Shown: positions 23,939 through 36,871, counted from the stretch's first letter. The stretch: DNA of 64,000 bases from Gnetum montanum (GCA_015680685.1 MNCI01003473.1:820065-884064); one strand, 5' to 3'. Numbers and translations are program-made. Notes: generated from the sequence alone by a model not told the origin.

Positions 23939-26089
23939 GAATCCTTTGCGTTTCTGGCAACAGAGGGCAGACATACCCAAACACGTTCAGAATCATCATG
24001 AATTCTCGATTCGATTCCTCGCATCCACGAATCGGATTCTTTTGATGCATAGGTTATATTTATGGAGTCGTGGGTTTGTTGAAAGTTGTCGACCTGTGAT
24101 TTGGACTCTGGACTTTCGAATTTGTGACACATTGCTGGGCCTAAAATCATAAGCAACTCGACAAAAGCTGTCGCTGCTCAATTATTAATCTGGTTTTCTG
24201 CCACCATCAAGTCAGCATCTCTCTGAGCGTTTTGATTTTTATAATAATAAAGCTGCACTTCCTGCATGTGGAAAGCAATACTGCAGCACCCAATACTATA
24301 AAAAAGTTCTTTGCTCATAATCCATGTAAGTAATCGGTAGCAGCATTTGAAATGATAAACTAATGGTTGCAAGTTCCACTTTCTATCTTCTAGTGGTAAC
24401 GCCCCCACCCACAAAAACTTCCCAACTAAATTCCAAGTATTTTAGTTCTTAAATTTTTAATCTTTTTTCCATAATTTTTTTCTCTGCAACGTGCATGAAG
24501 AGGAAGTTTGTATGTTCTTCCTCTACATAAGGGCTACAGCATTTTAAAAGTGCATTTCTTTTATTGTCACAGGCATATCCTATGGATATTTCCGAAGCGA
24601 TTTGGCAGCAATTGCAAGTTCCTTTGATGATTAATTAGCGGTATACAACAATTGACTGGAAATATTCCGCTAATTAATTGTATTATACCGCTAATTAATT
24701 GTATTATACAACTAATTAATCATCAAATTGCAGGTTGCAGTGCAACACACTCCATGTTAGCAGACTTATAGTAGACCTCGCGCACAACACACACTTCATG
24801 TTCAAGCATTTGGACTGATATCGACCTGTAATTTTCATTGAACATTAGGAGATAAATCAAGTTTATATTACATGATAAAATAATAATGAAATTACTATTT
24901 CTAAATATTACAAAATAATTTATGGTACTGATAAATAATTATTTGTGCAACATTGGTTTTGTGAAATCAAAATTTTAGTAAATACTTCTCGAGGATCCTT
25001 CGTTCTCTCTTTATCATACCTAAACTCAAACCTATATTGTCATTTTGAGACAAAAACACCAAAGAAATCACTAATAACAACAACAATCCTAGCATCAACT
25101 AACAAGAGCATATAATAATATTCCTTAAAGGAAATATTATTGGATTCAAAGAAAAGCCTATAGATATAAGATAACTAAAATTTAAAAGACATAAGAGACA
25201 CCTGAGAAGCCCTAAAGTATACATGATAGGCTGTTAACAATTAGTTGGAATCTAGCAATATTTCTTGAATAAGGGAGGTAGTTGGAATCTAGTAGTATTT
25301 CTTTAAAAAGGAAGGTAGTTGGAATCCAACAATTTTCTTGGTTTTATTTTAAAAAGGTTGATTAAACTATTAGTTGTAATTGTGACAACTTTGCTCTAGA
25401 ATAGGACATTTTAGGAATATGTGATACTTATCTTCAATTGTTATTTCAATGCATAAATGATAGGTTGTCTTTTATCTTAGAATCTTAATCAGTCTATATG
25501 TTTCAATCCTAAAATAATAGAAGCTCAATCTTGCTTGACTAATTTAACATTGTAGGTGATGGGATATAGGGGTAGACAAATAAATTTCTTTCTTGTTGAT
25601 GTCTCTTCAAATGCTACCTAGATAGAATAGTGATGTGCACTTAAAATAAGAAGAGGTTAAATGTTAAATTTTTCATCTATATGAATTTTAATTATTTTGG
25701 AGATACATTTAGAAGTTTTTCACAATGGCTACACTATGGATGATGATGCATGCATGCTTACAATGCATGTCACATGCCTACAATAGTTAAAAATAAATTA
25801 TTGCTACTTGGTATATGCTCTTCCTATGACTGGAGTTAAGTCAAATTTAAGCTTTAACTCAAAGAAAACTTGATCCAAATCTCAAACTACTCACACAACC
25901 TATAATATGAAATTATGGCTCATAACCAATTTGAACTGTAGCTCATCATGGTTCAAGATTCTTTGTCAAAGTTAAAAGTCTTGAAACAAGGAAAGGAAGA
26001 TAGAATGATTGGTGACATAAACACTAGTTCAAGTAGTCTGATATCATAAGATATAAGCTACTATTCAATACTTATTGTCTTCTTCTTAA

Positions 26090-26358
26090 TAACAATTATT
26101 TTTTCTTTATTGTTTAGGAGGTATCAAAACCCAAAACAATTTGACTATAGCTATATATCTAAAGACATATAGAAAACATGATAAATTAAAAATACTATAT
26201 GATGTCAAATTATCCTTTATAATTGAGCCTATGATGTGAATATGTGGCTTTCACATTACAAGCCACACACTCTAACCATGTGAACAATACCTAACACTTT
26301 CCTTAACTTTTAGGATTTATTGTAAACCTATACATTTAAACAAGCGTGTCTAACATAT
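26090..26358 (+). repeat. Dispersed repeat, copy 2 (unclassified TE fragment)
   Basis: Collinear similarity with 11301-11563. Confidence 0.7.
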
Positions 26359-27006
26359 ACTCTTTTTAAAGGGAAGATAACTTTGGAATAGTAGTGCAAC
26401 CCCCAAAACACCACAAAATTTTGGGTCTCAACATCTCGACTACAAATTTGGCTAAGTGTCAAAACAGTGGCACTTTGTCCAAATTTTTTCTAAGTGTTGA
26501 CTGTAGTCAACTCCAACTGCTAGATTTGCAAAATTTTTCTAAGTAACAGAATGATGGCACTTTCTACAAATTTGTCTAAGTGTCAAAACTTAGCAATTTT
26601 TTTTTAAGTGTTGGTGTGATGCTGTGCAGCGTAGCAAGCATGACACAGGTTCAAGTGCCCAGTTTTTCCTAAGTGTTGGACAAGGATCTGTCAAGCTAGC
26701 TTGACATAGAAGATACATTTAGCATATTTTCCAACTTCTGAGGTTGCCTATCCTACTATGGCCTAAAGCGTGGTCAGCGTACCATGAAGGAACATTGCAA
26801 ATTTCATGAAAATTTGACAAAGTATTCATGCTACGCTGTGCAACGTAGACAATGTGATGGGTGTGGCAAGTCAAAATTTCACTAAGTGTTCATGCTACGC
26901 TATGCAGCATAGATAGCGTGATGGGTGTGACAAGTTAAAATTTCACTAAGTGTTCATGGTATGCTCTGCTACGTTGTGCAGTGTAGAAAACTTGACACTA
27001 AGAAGT

Positions 27007-27402
27007 GTTCCGTGTCCTGCATGTAACACGAGACAAGCGTAGCAGCCAGCATCCCGTGTCCTGCACATAACACGGGACAAGCATAGCAGCCAGTGTCCTG
27101 TGTCCCACATGTAACATGGGACGAGCGTAGTAGCCAATGTCCTATGTCCTGCACATAACATGGAACGAGCCCAGCAGCCAGCGTCGCATGTCCTGCACGT
27201 AACATAGGACGAGCCCAGTAGCTAGCGTCTTGTGTCCTGCACGTAACATGGGACAAGCCCAGTAGCTAGCATCCCGTGTCCAGCATGTAACATAGGATGA
27301 GTGTAGCAACCAACATCCCATGTCCCGCACATAACATGAGATGAGCATAGTAGTCAATGTCCCATGTCCCACACGTAACACGGGATGAGCGTAGAAACCA
27401 GA
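27007..27402. repeat. Tandem array of 9 x 44-bp hairpin-containing units in the 5' LTR
   Basis: Exact 44-bp period; consensus approx. GTCCCGTGT-CCTGCACGTA-ACACGGGAC-GAGCGTAGCAGCCAGC. Confidence 0.95.
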
Positions 27403-29199
27403 GTTAAAACTTTTTTGAATTTTTTTTCGTTACCTTCAGACTTAGAAAATTTTCTAAATTTTTCTTGTGGTCCCACCCACTGCACTAGGACGTGGCACCT
27501 GATCTGCATTTTGGGCTAACCCTAGCCCTATAAGTACCCATGCATCCCAATGTTTCAAGGGGGGTTGGCTTCCATTTTTCACCAGTGGAACAAGTGGCAC
27601 TTTCACTTGGCATTTGACACTTTGGCATCTTGACACTTAGCTCCATGGGAACACGAGACCCAGAGCATACCAGACTAGCAGAGAGGCATAACTACACTAC
27701 ATGGTACACTACATCCCCATTGTAGCCCTGTAGAACATTGCACGGTACACCATGGCTACCAACCTGGCAGGCACAGTTCAACATAGTGAGCACTAGACTT
27801 CACAGCTTGACATCACAGAGGCAATGACTACACTCCCACTATGCCTGTTGTACACTATGTATCGTTTGAGACCCTTTGTGAATTAGCTACGCTCCCTCTT
27901 TTGGGGCGGTGCATTGCTGTTCTTAAATTTTGTTGCATTTCTCAAGCATTTCTCTTTGGTATTTAGCATAACACTTGTATTTTCTCACTCTTTCATACAT
28001 ATTTGCATGTTTACATCACTGTTCTTAGGTCAGAACACCCCACTATGCTCTAGCATAGCCAAAACTGATGCCCACGCATAAACGTAGTATAAACCCTTCT
28101 TACACATGGTCGTTTTAACACCACTTAAGTCCTTGTCTATTCGACAAGACGGTTCAGGGCACCTCATTTCTATTTTCCAACATAGCCCTTGCATGGATTC
28201 GGGGTTAGGTTGTATGCCCATGGACCTCTCAGTGTTCCAGCCATCAACATTTTTGGATGTCACAGTTTTTGGTGCTAGGAGGGCTTGAACCTTCGTCTAT
28301 ATTTTTGATTAGCACTTAGTAAAAACTCTAGATGTTCTAGAGAGAGTAACAAGTTCTTAGAGTGTAGCAAGCTCTAGTGTAGCGAGCGTGACAAGCTCCA
28401 GCGTAGCGAGCATAGCACTAGAGTTAGCCATTTTTTGCATTTTCATACTTAGCATTTTTCCTACATTTCTATACTTAGCCATTTTTCTGCTATCGGTAGA
28501 CTTAGTCATTTTTCTGTAGTTTTCAGAGTTAGCTATTCTCTACAAACAACAACTTTCATAACTTGATCTATGAATATGAATCCAGATCAACCTTCCACAT
28601 CGATGCCTAACACATTTGACACCATGATCCACCCAAAGCGTGCCACACTAAACCATTAATAGTACAATTTTTTTGGTGCCAAAATCCAAGCAGGATTACT
28701 AGTGGATTGCCTTGATTTGGTGGCAAAAAAGGACCATGAACGAGTCCACTAGAATAGATGGGAGTACAACCCCTCCTTGTTTGACATAATCCCACTCATG
28801 GAGTCCTACCACCAGCTGTTGTCCCAACTCATTTGTGAAAACAAGCATGATGCAAGGGCAACCTACAAGGATGCATCACAGAAGGAGGAAGATGAGTTCA
28901 AGACCTACTCCAAACACGAGAACCACCCCTACACCATATTCCAACAATCGCTCCCTAGTACAACCCCTCCTTGGTTTGGTGCGTCCATCCTCTCCGAGAT
29001 GGTGACCATGCTAATTCAGCCTTCCTTGCAAGTGACTACTATGTTTTCCCAACCCTATGCTCACGCAAGAGCCACTTCCCAACCCCAAAAAACTCAAGAA
29101 TCCTACATCCCACATGTCTCATTAGCATTTTTGATGTCCATCCAACCAACTCGTGTGTGGCCTACTTCGATCACTGCACCCATTGCTCAGCCAACAAAT

Positions 29200-29349
29200 C
29201 AACAACCATCTGCTACGATGTTAAACTATCAACACTTGTCTGCTACGACATTAAATTGGCAACAACCATATGCTACAATGTTAAATTGGCAACACCCGTT
29301 CACTATGATACTAAACTAGCAACGACCATTTGCTACGACGTTAAACTGG
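29200..29349 (+). repeat. 5 x 30-bp in-frame tandem repeat in the gag N-terminal region (QQPSATMLNW-like)
   Basis: Consensus CAACAACCATCTGCTACGATGTTAAACTGG repeats with a period of 30 in ORF 28777-29319. Confidence 0.9.
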
Positions 29350-31136
29350 TAAACTCCACAACCAACAATTTGACCCTATGCTATGCAACCAACACAAGCC
29401 CAACCAATGCAACTAGCTGGCACATCCCCAAGCTTGGATCAAGCTGATCCAAAGCTTGATGGAGGAGATCAACTGACTCAAGGCTACCTCCTCCAACACC
29501 ATCAAGGTGGTGGACTTCTACCGAGATGACCACATAAGTCCTACGGTACCACCCCTAACTCTCCCAACTGGGGTCTAGCTACCTCAATTCACCAAGTATA
29601 ATGGTGAAGGGGACCCCAATGCACACTTGGTTACATTTCAATCTGAGTGCTTACTCCTTCAAGCCTGGCCACATGCCATCATGCGGGTGTTCCCCATATC
29701 ACTCACTGGCAAGGCCTTAGACTAGTATCGCATGCTACCCAAGGCCTTAATCTCCTCTTTGGAGGATCTCATAAGCCAGTTTGTGACATGCTTCAAGTAC
29801 AACCTAAAGCCTAAAGCATCCCTTGACCAGCTCATGTAGGTTAAGTAGGGGCCTTTAGAGCCTGTGCCAAAATTCTTCCAACGTTGGAATGCTGCATTGA
29901 GTGAAATTCATGAACCCCTAGCAGAGACACACCTATTGACCATCTTTAAGGATGCAGTGAATGACTTCATCAAGTCCAAATTGTACTATCTAGCCCCGAA
30001 GTCTCTTAGCCAAGCCTTTGCCAAAACAAAAGGCACAAAGGAAGCAAGGTAAGCTAGTAATGACCTAGCCTATGTGGCCTATAGAAACCAACATGCTTGC
30101 AAGAAAAANNNNNNNNNNNNNNNNNNNNNNNNNNNNNNNNNNNNNNNNNNNNNNNNNNNNNNNNCCACAACACTTCAAGCTAAACCAATACTGTCATTAC
30201 CACCAATTGTCTAGTCATAGTATGGACAATTGTCCTGCTTTGCAGAACGACCTAAAAATAATGATAGAACGAGGCCAATTGGTGCTCGACACAGTGAGCC
30301 AATCCAACGCAGATGATGCTCCATATGTCATAAACTCTATTAGCATAGGTGGCAAGTCCAAACCTGTGCAACAACCTTTTGTGATCCATGTTCCTTCTAA
30401 CAAGGCAAGGGTCCTCTTAGCCTCCATAAGCAAGAGGCCTCCCTTCGTTATCAAAGTGCCACCTTGAGCACCTACAACACCCTTTGTGATCAAAGTTCCA
30501 CAACAATCATCCACTAAGATGTTAAACTAGCATGATGTAGCAACAACACAAGCTAAGCAACCTTTCATCATCAAGGTGCCAAAATGATTTTGTCACAAAA
30601 GAACTCCTACAACAACTCCTAAACTATTGTTTGTCATAAGGATGCCACAACGTGATGGCCCCTCACCTTCTTGAAGCCCAATAGTGGGAAATCTCTCAGT
30701 CTCTTCTCCTTCAAGAGTTAACCCCACTAGCAACCCAGGTAGGCCTACCAAATGGTAATGTAAGAGGACGAACGAGTGCCTGGCAACCCCAATTTTTCTT
30801 AAGTGTTGGACAAGGATCTATTAAGCTAGCTCAACATAGAAGACACATTTGGCACATTTTACAACTTCTGAGGCTACCTATCCTACTATGCCCTAGATCA
30901 TGGTCAATGTACCATGAAAGAACATTGTAGATTTCATGAAAATTTGACAAAGTATTTATGCTACGTTGTGTAGCGTTGACAACATGTTGGGCATGGCAAG
31001 TCAAAATTTCACTAAGTATTCATGCTACGCTATGTAGTGTAGATAGTGTGACGGGAATGACAAGTCAAAATTTTACTAAGTGTTCATGTTATGCTCTGCT
31101 ATGTTGTACAATGTAGATAGATTGACATTGAAAAGT

Positions 31137-31594
31137 GTTCCATGTCCTGCATGTAACATGAGACAAGCATAGTAGCCAGCATCCCTTGTCCTACACATAA
31201 CACGGGATGAGCCTAGTAGCTAGCGTCCCATGTCCTGCTAACATCCCATGTCCCGCATGTAACATGGGACAAGCCTAGCAGCCAGCATCCCATGTCCCAC
31301 ATGTAACATGAGACAAGTGTAGTAGTCAATGTCTTATGTCCCACATGTAACATGGGATGAGCGTAGCAGCTAGCATCCCGTGTCCTACACATAACATGGA
31401 ACAAGCCCAGTAGCTAGCATCCCATGTCCTACATGTAACATGGGACAAAACCAGTAGCTAGCATCCTGTGTCCCACATGTAACATGGGACAAGTGTAGCA
31501 GCCAACATCCCATGTCCCACAAGTAACATGAGATGAGCCTAGTAGTTGACGTCCCGTGTCCCACACATAACATGGGACGAGTGTAGTAGCCAGA
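31137..31594. repeat. Tandem array of 10 full plus 1 truncated 44-bp units in the 3' LTR
   Basis: Same consensus as 27007-27402, with an 18-bp truncated unit at ~31229. Confidence 0.95.
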
Positions 31595-34500
31595 GTCACC
31601 TCTTGACTTAGAAATTTTTTTGAATTTTTCTCATGGTCCCACCCATCACACTACCACGTGGCACCTGATCCACCTTTTGGGCTAACCCTAGCCCTATAAG
31701 TACCCCTACACCCTAATTTTTCAAGGGGGGCTGGCTTTCATTTTTCACCAGTGGGACAGTTGGCACTTTCATTTGGCATTTGGCACTTTGGCATCTTGAC
31801 ACTTAACTCTGTGGGCGAACAAGACCTAGAGCACACCACACTAGCAGAGAGGCATAGCTACAATGCACAGTACACTACAGCCCCATTGCAACCCTATAGA
31901 ACATCACATGGTACACTGTGGCTACCAACCTAGTAGGCATAGTTCAACATAGTGAGCACCAGACTTCACAGCTTAACACCACCAAGGCTATGACTACACT
32001 CCTGCTGTGCCTGTTGTACATTGTGTATCTTTTGAGACCCTTTGTGAATTAGTTATGCTCCCTCTTTTANNNNNNNNNNNNNNNNNNNNNNNNNNNNNNN
32101 NNNNNNTGCATTTCTCTTTGCTATTTAGCATAACACTTATATTTTCTCACTTTTTCATACATATTTGCACATTCACATCACTATTCTTAGGCTGGGACAC
32201 CCCACTACGCTCTAGCTTGACCAGAATCGATGCCCACATGTAATGTAGTATAAACCCTTCTCACACACAGTCATTTTAACACCACATAAGTCCCTGTCTG
32301 ATTGATAAGACCGTTCAGGGCACCTCATTTTCATTTCCCAACATGGCCCTTGCACGGATTCGAGGTTAGGTTGTACACCCATGGACCTCTTGGTATTCCA
32401 ACCATCATTTCAGACGTCACAACCCCTACCCACATAGTAGGCTAGATGTAACCTACTAATGAAAAGGGTCCTATCACAAGGCTACTCCACTACTACCATA
32501 TTCGAAAGCAAAGGCAAGAATCAAATCCAAAACCTTCCAAGTGAGAGATAAGTGTCCTAACCACTTGTCCTACACCTTTGGGTGTAATACATACTTAAAA
32601 TATAATATAATGTATTTTAAAGTTTTCTTCGTATTAAAAGTATTATTAGGATTCACACTCTTTTGCCTAACACCATAGAAATATAACCTAAACCTCTCAT
32701 ATTTATTAGGCAAATAATTTTTTCCTCTTCGTCTAATGAAATCATAGCATGTTATGTGATGAGTCATGAATTGGTTGGCCCCGATATTGAATATTCAATA
32801 TCGGAGCCATCCAATATCAAGGCTTCAATATCAAATATATGATATTGGGTTCTAAGAAATGATGTTAGATATCCGATATTTTCTCTTCCATGCTAGCCCA
32901 TAAATGCAGCACTTAGGTGCATGGTTGATGGGGAGAAAGTTTTAGTTTCTAGTTCTCAATTTTTGATAGTCTTTCTTAGATTTCTGCAATTCGTAGTGCA
33001 TGCTCGTAGTGTGATGTTTGTAATTGTACGATACCTTTGTTTGAGTGTGACGTACTTGGACATGTTACATGATTGGAAATAAAGATCGAGATTACTTCCA
33101 TCATTGCCACATTTCCTTAGATTTATTATTTCTTTAATTATTTAATTATTTACTATTTTCTTTAGTTAATGTTTCCATTTATGCTATTTACTATTCTTGT
33201 GATTAAGTAGAATGAGTACAACTTAATCATAAGTGCTTAAGTGTAAGTACTTGGTAACCTAGTAGTGTATTGTTTGGTACACCCAGTGACATATGCTTGG
33301 CAATCCTAGTGGTAGTTATATGAAGTCCAAGACATGTACAGATGATCAGGAATGGATACTCATTGCTCGTAGGCAAGTTTAGGTTATACTTTCCATTGTT
33401 CATTAGCTTAATTAATTTATCTCACTATCATCATTAGGAGCAACACAGGATTAGACCACATCATATGCCTCACTTTGGACTAAACCATATATGACAAAGC
33501 TACCACTAGTCCAAGTGGGAAGATAGCAAATTGTGATCAAAGCATAAAGATCTAGATGCTACAACTAGTCCCATCCATGAAATTCAACTGGATTATGTGT
33601 GAACACTTGTGATTCATATGGTTGGGCATAGGGGTACCTTGTCGCTCATCATTGGTGTTATTCATGGGGATGTTGTTGTTATCTAGATTAGTTACATCAT
33701 ACATGATTGTTGTAAAGGTATTAATTGTATATCCTTTAGAAAATATTAAATCACACACACCATAAGCCAATGACAATGTCTCTTCCACAAATAAGTAATA
33801 ATGTATTGTATAACAAAAACATTCATTGGAGAACTAATGAGATATATAGTGAGGAAAATTGGAGTGACCAACCTTATGCAGTGGTTTCTTATGTTCATGA
33901 CCACCCTAATGACACTTAAAGACTACATTCACCTAAGGTAGACAATCTTCGAGGAGATGACATAAGTCCTAAACTAGGGGAGGCCTCAAGGCCTAAGACC
34001 TCCTCGAAACTAAGAAAAAATAAATTAAGGGACCTTGGGGAACACCATAGAAGCCATGGCAATCCTTCCAATTACTCATCTTTCTCTTTCCTTTCAATGT
34101 CTAGTTCTAATGAAGATGAATGTAGGTATGGGGATAAGGCTCCAGTATAGGGTTAGAATAGAAATAAAAATTGAACTTGCGAGAACCCTCACGTTCATCA
34201 ACATGAACATAGTCAAAATCATCACCATCAACTGAATAGGAATTTCCTTCACAACTTGTTTGATGATGATGAACCCTTTTTGGCCATTCAAAGCATAATG
34301 TAGATCATAGAGGTAGTTCAAATATCTCACAGGCATCGCAAAGAGAGTCGCCTACCTAGGCTTGATATGAATAATATTCCTAAATTTGCAGGAGGCTATG
34401 ATTCAAATCTACAACATCATTTACAAGTCTTCCATGATTCCTGTATTTTCTACAACATTGAAAGTGGGTGGCAAAAGCTTAAGCTCTTTCCTAGGACATT

Positions 34501-36829
34501 GATTGATAGAGCTAAAGTGTGGTATAGATCATTAAAACCAAATTCAATCTAACTATGCTCCATAATGTTGAAACTCTTCAATGAGAAATACCAAACCAAT
34601 GTGAGGGTGTCTAACTTAAGGAGACAGATCGAAGGATGGAAGTAAGGATAACATGAATCCTTGGACATGGCCTTAGATATTATTCCCTACTAAATAGATT
34701 CCTAGGCCATGGTTTCCCTGAGGAAAGGCAACTATTCCACATCATAGATGAGCTTCATAATGAAACTAGAGAGACACTTGGGATGTATGCCCTAGGTTAA
34801 TTATAGGAGCTACAAACCCATGAGATCTGAGAGCTAATCATGCATGTGGTAAAAAAAGAAGGAGAGATATGCAAATGGGAGAATGTCAGGAATTATCAAT
34901 GGGACCAAACTCTTCAACAAATGAATGTCCATATCTATGGTAAGGAGAAAGAAACTGCTCTCGATAAGGTGATCTTGCAACGAACCTTGCCAATATAGAA
35001 GTCTATTGATGAACTTGAAGAAAAGTTTAATAGGATGTCAAAATGGCTATATGAAAACATTACAACTCGCGTTGAGATGGTCGAGGAGAGGATCATGCAA
35101 AACAAGCTAGGCAATCACAATAAACAAAGGATACATAACCAAGAAACAATTAGGAACACTTTCTGGCAAATAAGAAAAATGGTTGAAGGAAGTGAGGCTA
35201 TAGACTCAACCACAGATGAAGATAATGGATGTGACATCTACATATATGACAATCTGAAGGATCATTGTTTGGTCTTGTTGCATCTACATGAGCATTGGGC
35301 AAGTGCATTAAATCCAAAGTTTGTACAGAAGCACATGCCTAGGAGATTTCCTCTTCCATAAGATAATTATAGAAAATCCCACCACCAATCATACTATCCT
35401 AGGGGGAATTATTACTAGCCTCAACACTGTCATCAACCATAGTGGCAACAACCACAGTCATGGGGGAGGCCACCACCAAATCAGCCCTATCCTTCCTATC
35501 CATTGAAACTACATGGATATTATGTTCAATGCCCTATTTCTCTAACTAGTTCTACATCCTCTATTTCAAATCACCACTATCACTCTCCCGAGTATCGTCA
35601 ACCCATGACATCTCCAAAAGGATCACCACCTTGCACCCCTTACCATCCATCCTACCCTTGATATTCTCATCCTTCCCCTTATCAAGGACACAGGAAGGTT
35701 TTGCACCACAATATCAACAAATGAATGTCACTTGTGCTACAAATCTGTATAGACATGCTGACATTGGTAGATCTCAACCACCACATTGGAAATATCTCTT
35801 CTTTTGGAAAGATCGTAAGCCGAAGAAAAATACTTATGGATCTACCACATCATTCGAACTAGGACGGTGTCAATCTAGTGAAATGCCTCTCTTTTCACCA
35901 CCACCATCCTCTAAGCATACACAAGGGCCACCATCCATCATCACTCCAATTCCAAACCCAAGCAATGAATCTACAAGTGTGGGGAGATCAAAAAATCCAT
36001 GCATATCATATCATGATCAAGGGTGCAATCTTGGGCTAGAAATCCATCACATTAACACACCTCATATCCTAACCCACCAGCCACTTAACACTCAAGTGTG
36101 TAACCAAAAACTTGTTTACCTAGCCACCGCAACATTAAAGGACACCCAATGGCTAGGGAATGAATGGTTACCAATGTTTTATACATGCATGGATCCTATC
36201 TATCCACTTATTAATTGTTTTCATAGCCAAATGTTTAGTCATGGGGGTCACCCCCCATTCTAATCTTTAGGATTCATAAGTGTTTTCCATATTTTTTTAA
36301 ATTTTTTTGTCATTTTCTCATTTTTTGATACAATTTTTCTTATTCTTTTCAACTTTTCAATTTTTTTTTTCATCTTCTTTGTTAGTAATCTTGCTTGTAA
36401 ATAAAATGATCATGTTGCCCATTGAGGTGAGGTTTTTTCTATGTTGTTGAGTCATAAGGGACTGATTATTTAGATAGTGAGACCATGTCCTCCATCCAAT
36501 CATTCCATGAATAAGAGGTTTTTGCACTAGTCATAATGATATTCTTTTTCATCATCCAACCTAAAAATAAATCTATAATCATTGTGTTTGGACAAAAGAG
36601 TGTAGAACCAAGGCAGGATGTAAGGGGTGTGACATTAGGGGGATTTGTGGATTTTCTTTGGCCACTTCTATAAGTTCTATCATGTTGCTCATGTTGCAAT
36701 TATATCCTTTTAGATCTAATGAAAAATGGAAGTAAGGGTGCCATAAAGAGGCACTGAATAAATTCTACTAGTCCCATTGGAAAGACATGTACCCATGCTT
36801 GAAGGTTGGCGGATTCTCAGAACTTACTT

Positions 36830-36831
<2 letters not shown>

Positions 36832-36871
<40 letters not shown>
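36832..36871. repeat. (GA)n microsatellite, ~20 units
   Basis: Directly visible. Confidence 0.98.

Larger units (their letters stand above)
26395..32421 (+). mobile_element. Ty3/Gypsy Tat/Ogre-like element, gag-only deletion derivative (5' LTR ~26395-28264; 5'-truncated 3' LTR ~30788-32421)
   Basis: A ~1.6-kb direct repeat (26658-28264 vs 30788-32421), both copies ending (T/C)GTCACA. PBS TGGTGCTAG(-)GAGGG at 28270. Gag remnant LPQFTKYNGEGDPNAHLVTF...VFPISLTGKALD*Y (~29580-29760) and knuckle YCHYHQLSSHSMDNCPAL (~30190). No pol sequence. Left boundary approximate; no TSD. Confidence 0.82.

Noticed and set aside
25232-25549. Possible short Copia solo LTR (TGTTAA...TTAACA) with 37-bp internal repeats
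   Set aside because: No matching TSD and no second copy in the window, so it cannot be supported.
26946-27381. Cys/His-rich repetitive ORFs on the minus strand (also 31213-31573)
   Set aside because: Translation artefacts of the 44-bp tandem array, whose period is not a multiple of 3.
27007-27402. CRISPR-like appearance of the regularly spaced palindromic repeats
   Set aside because: The whole 44-bp unit repeats with no unique spacers, there are no cas genes, and the context is a eukaryotic LTR.
26395-32421. Retrozyme (hammerhead ribozyme in LTRs)
   Set aside because: No CTGA(N)GA...GAAA hammerhead core was seen in the repeats, and the element is large and carries gag.
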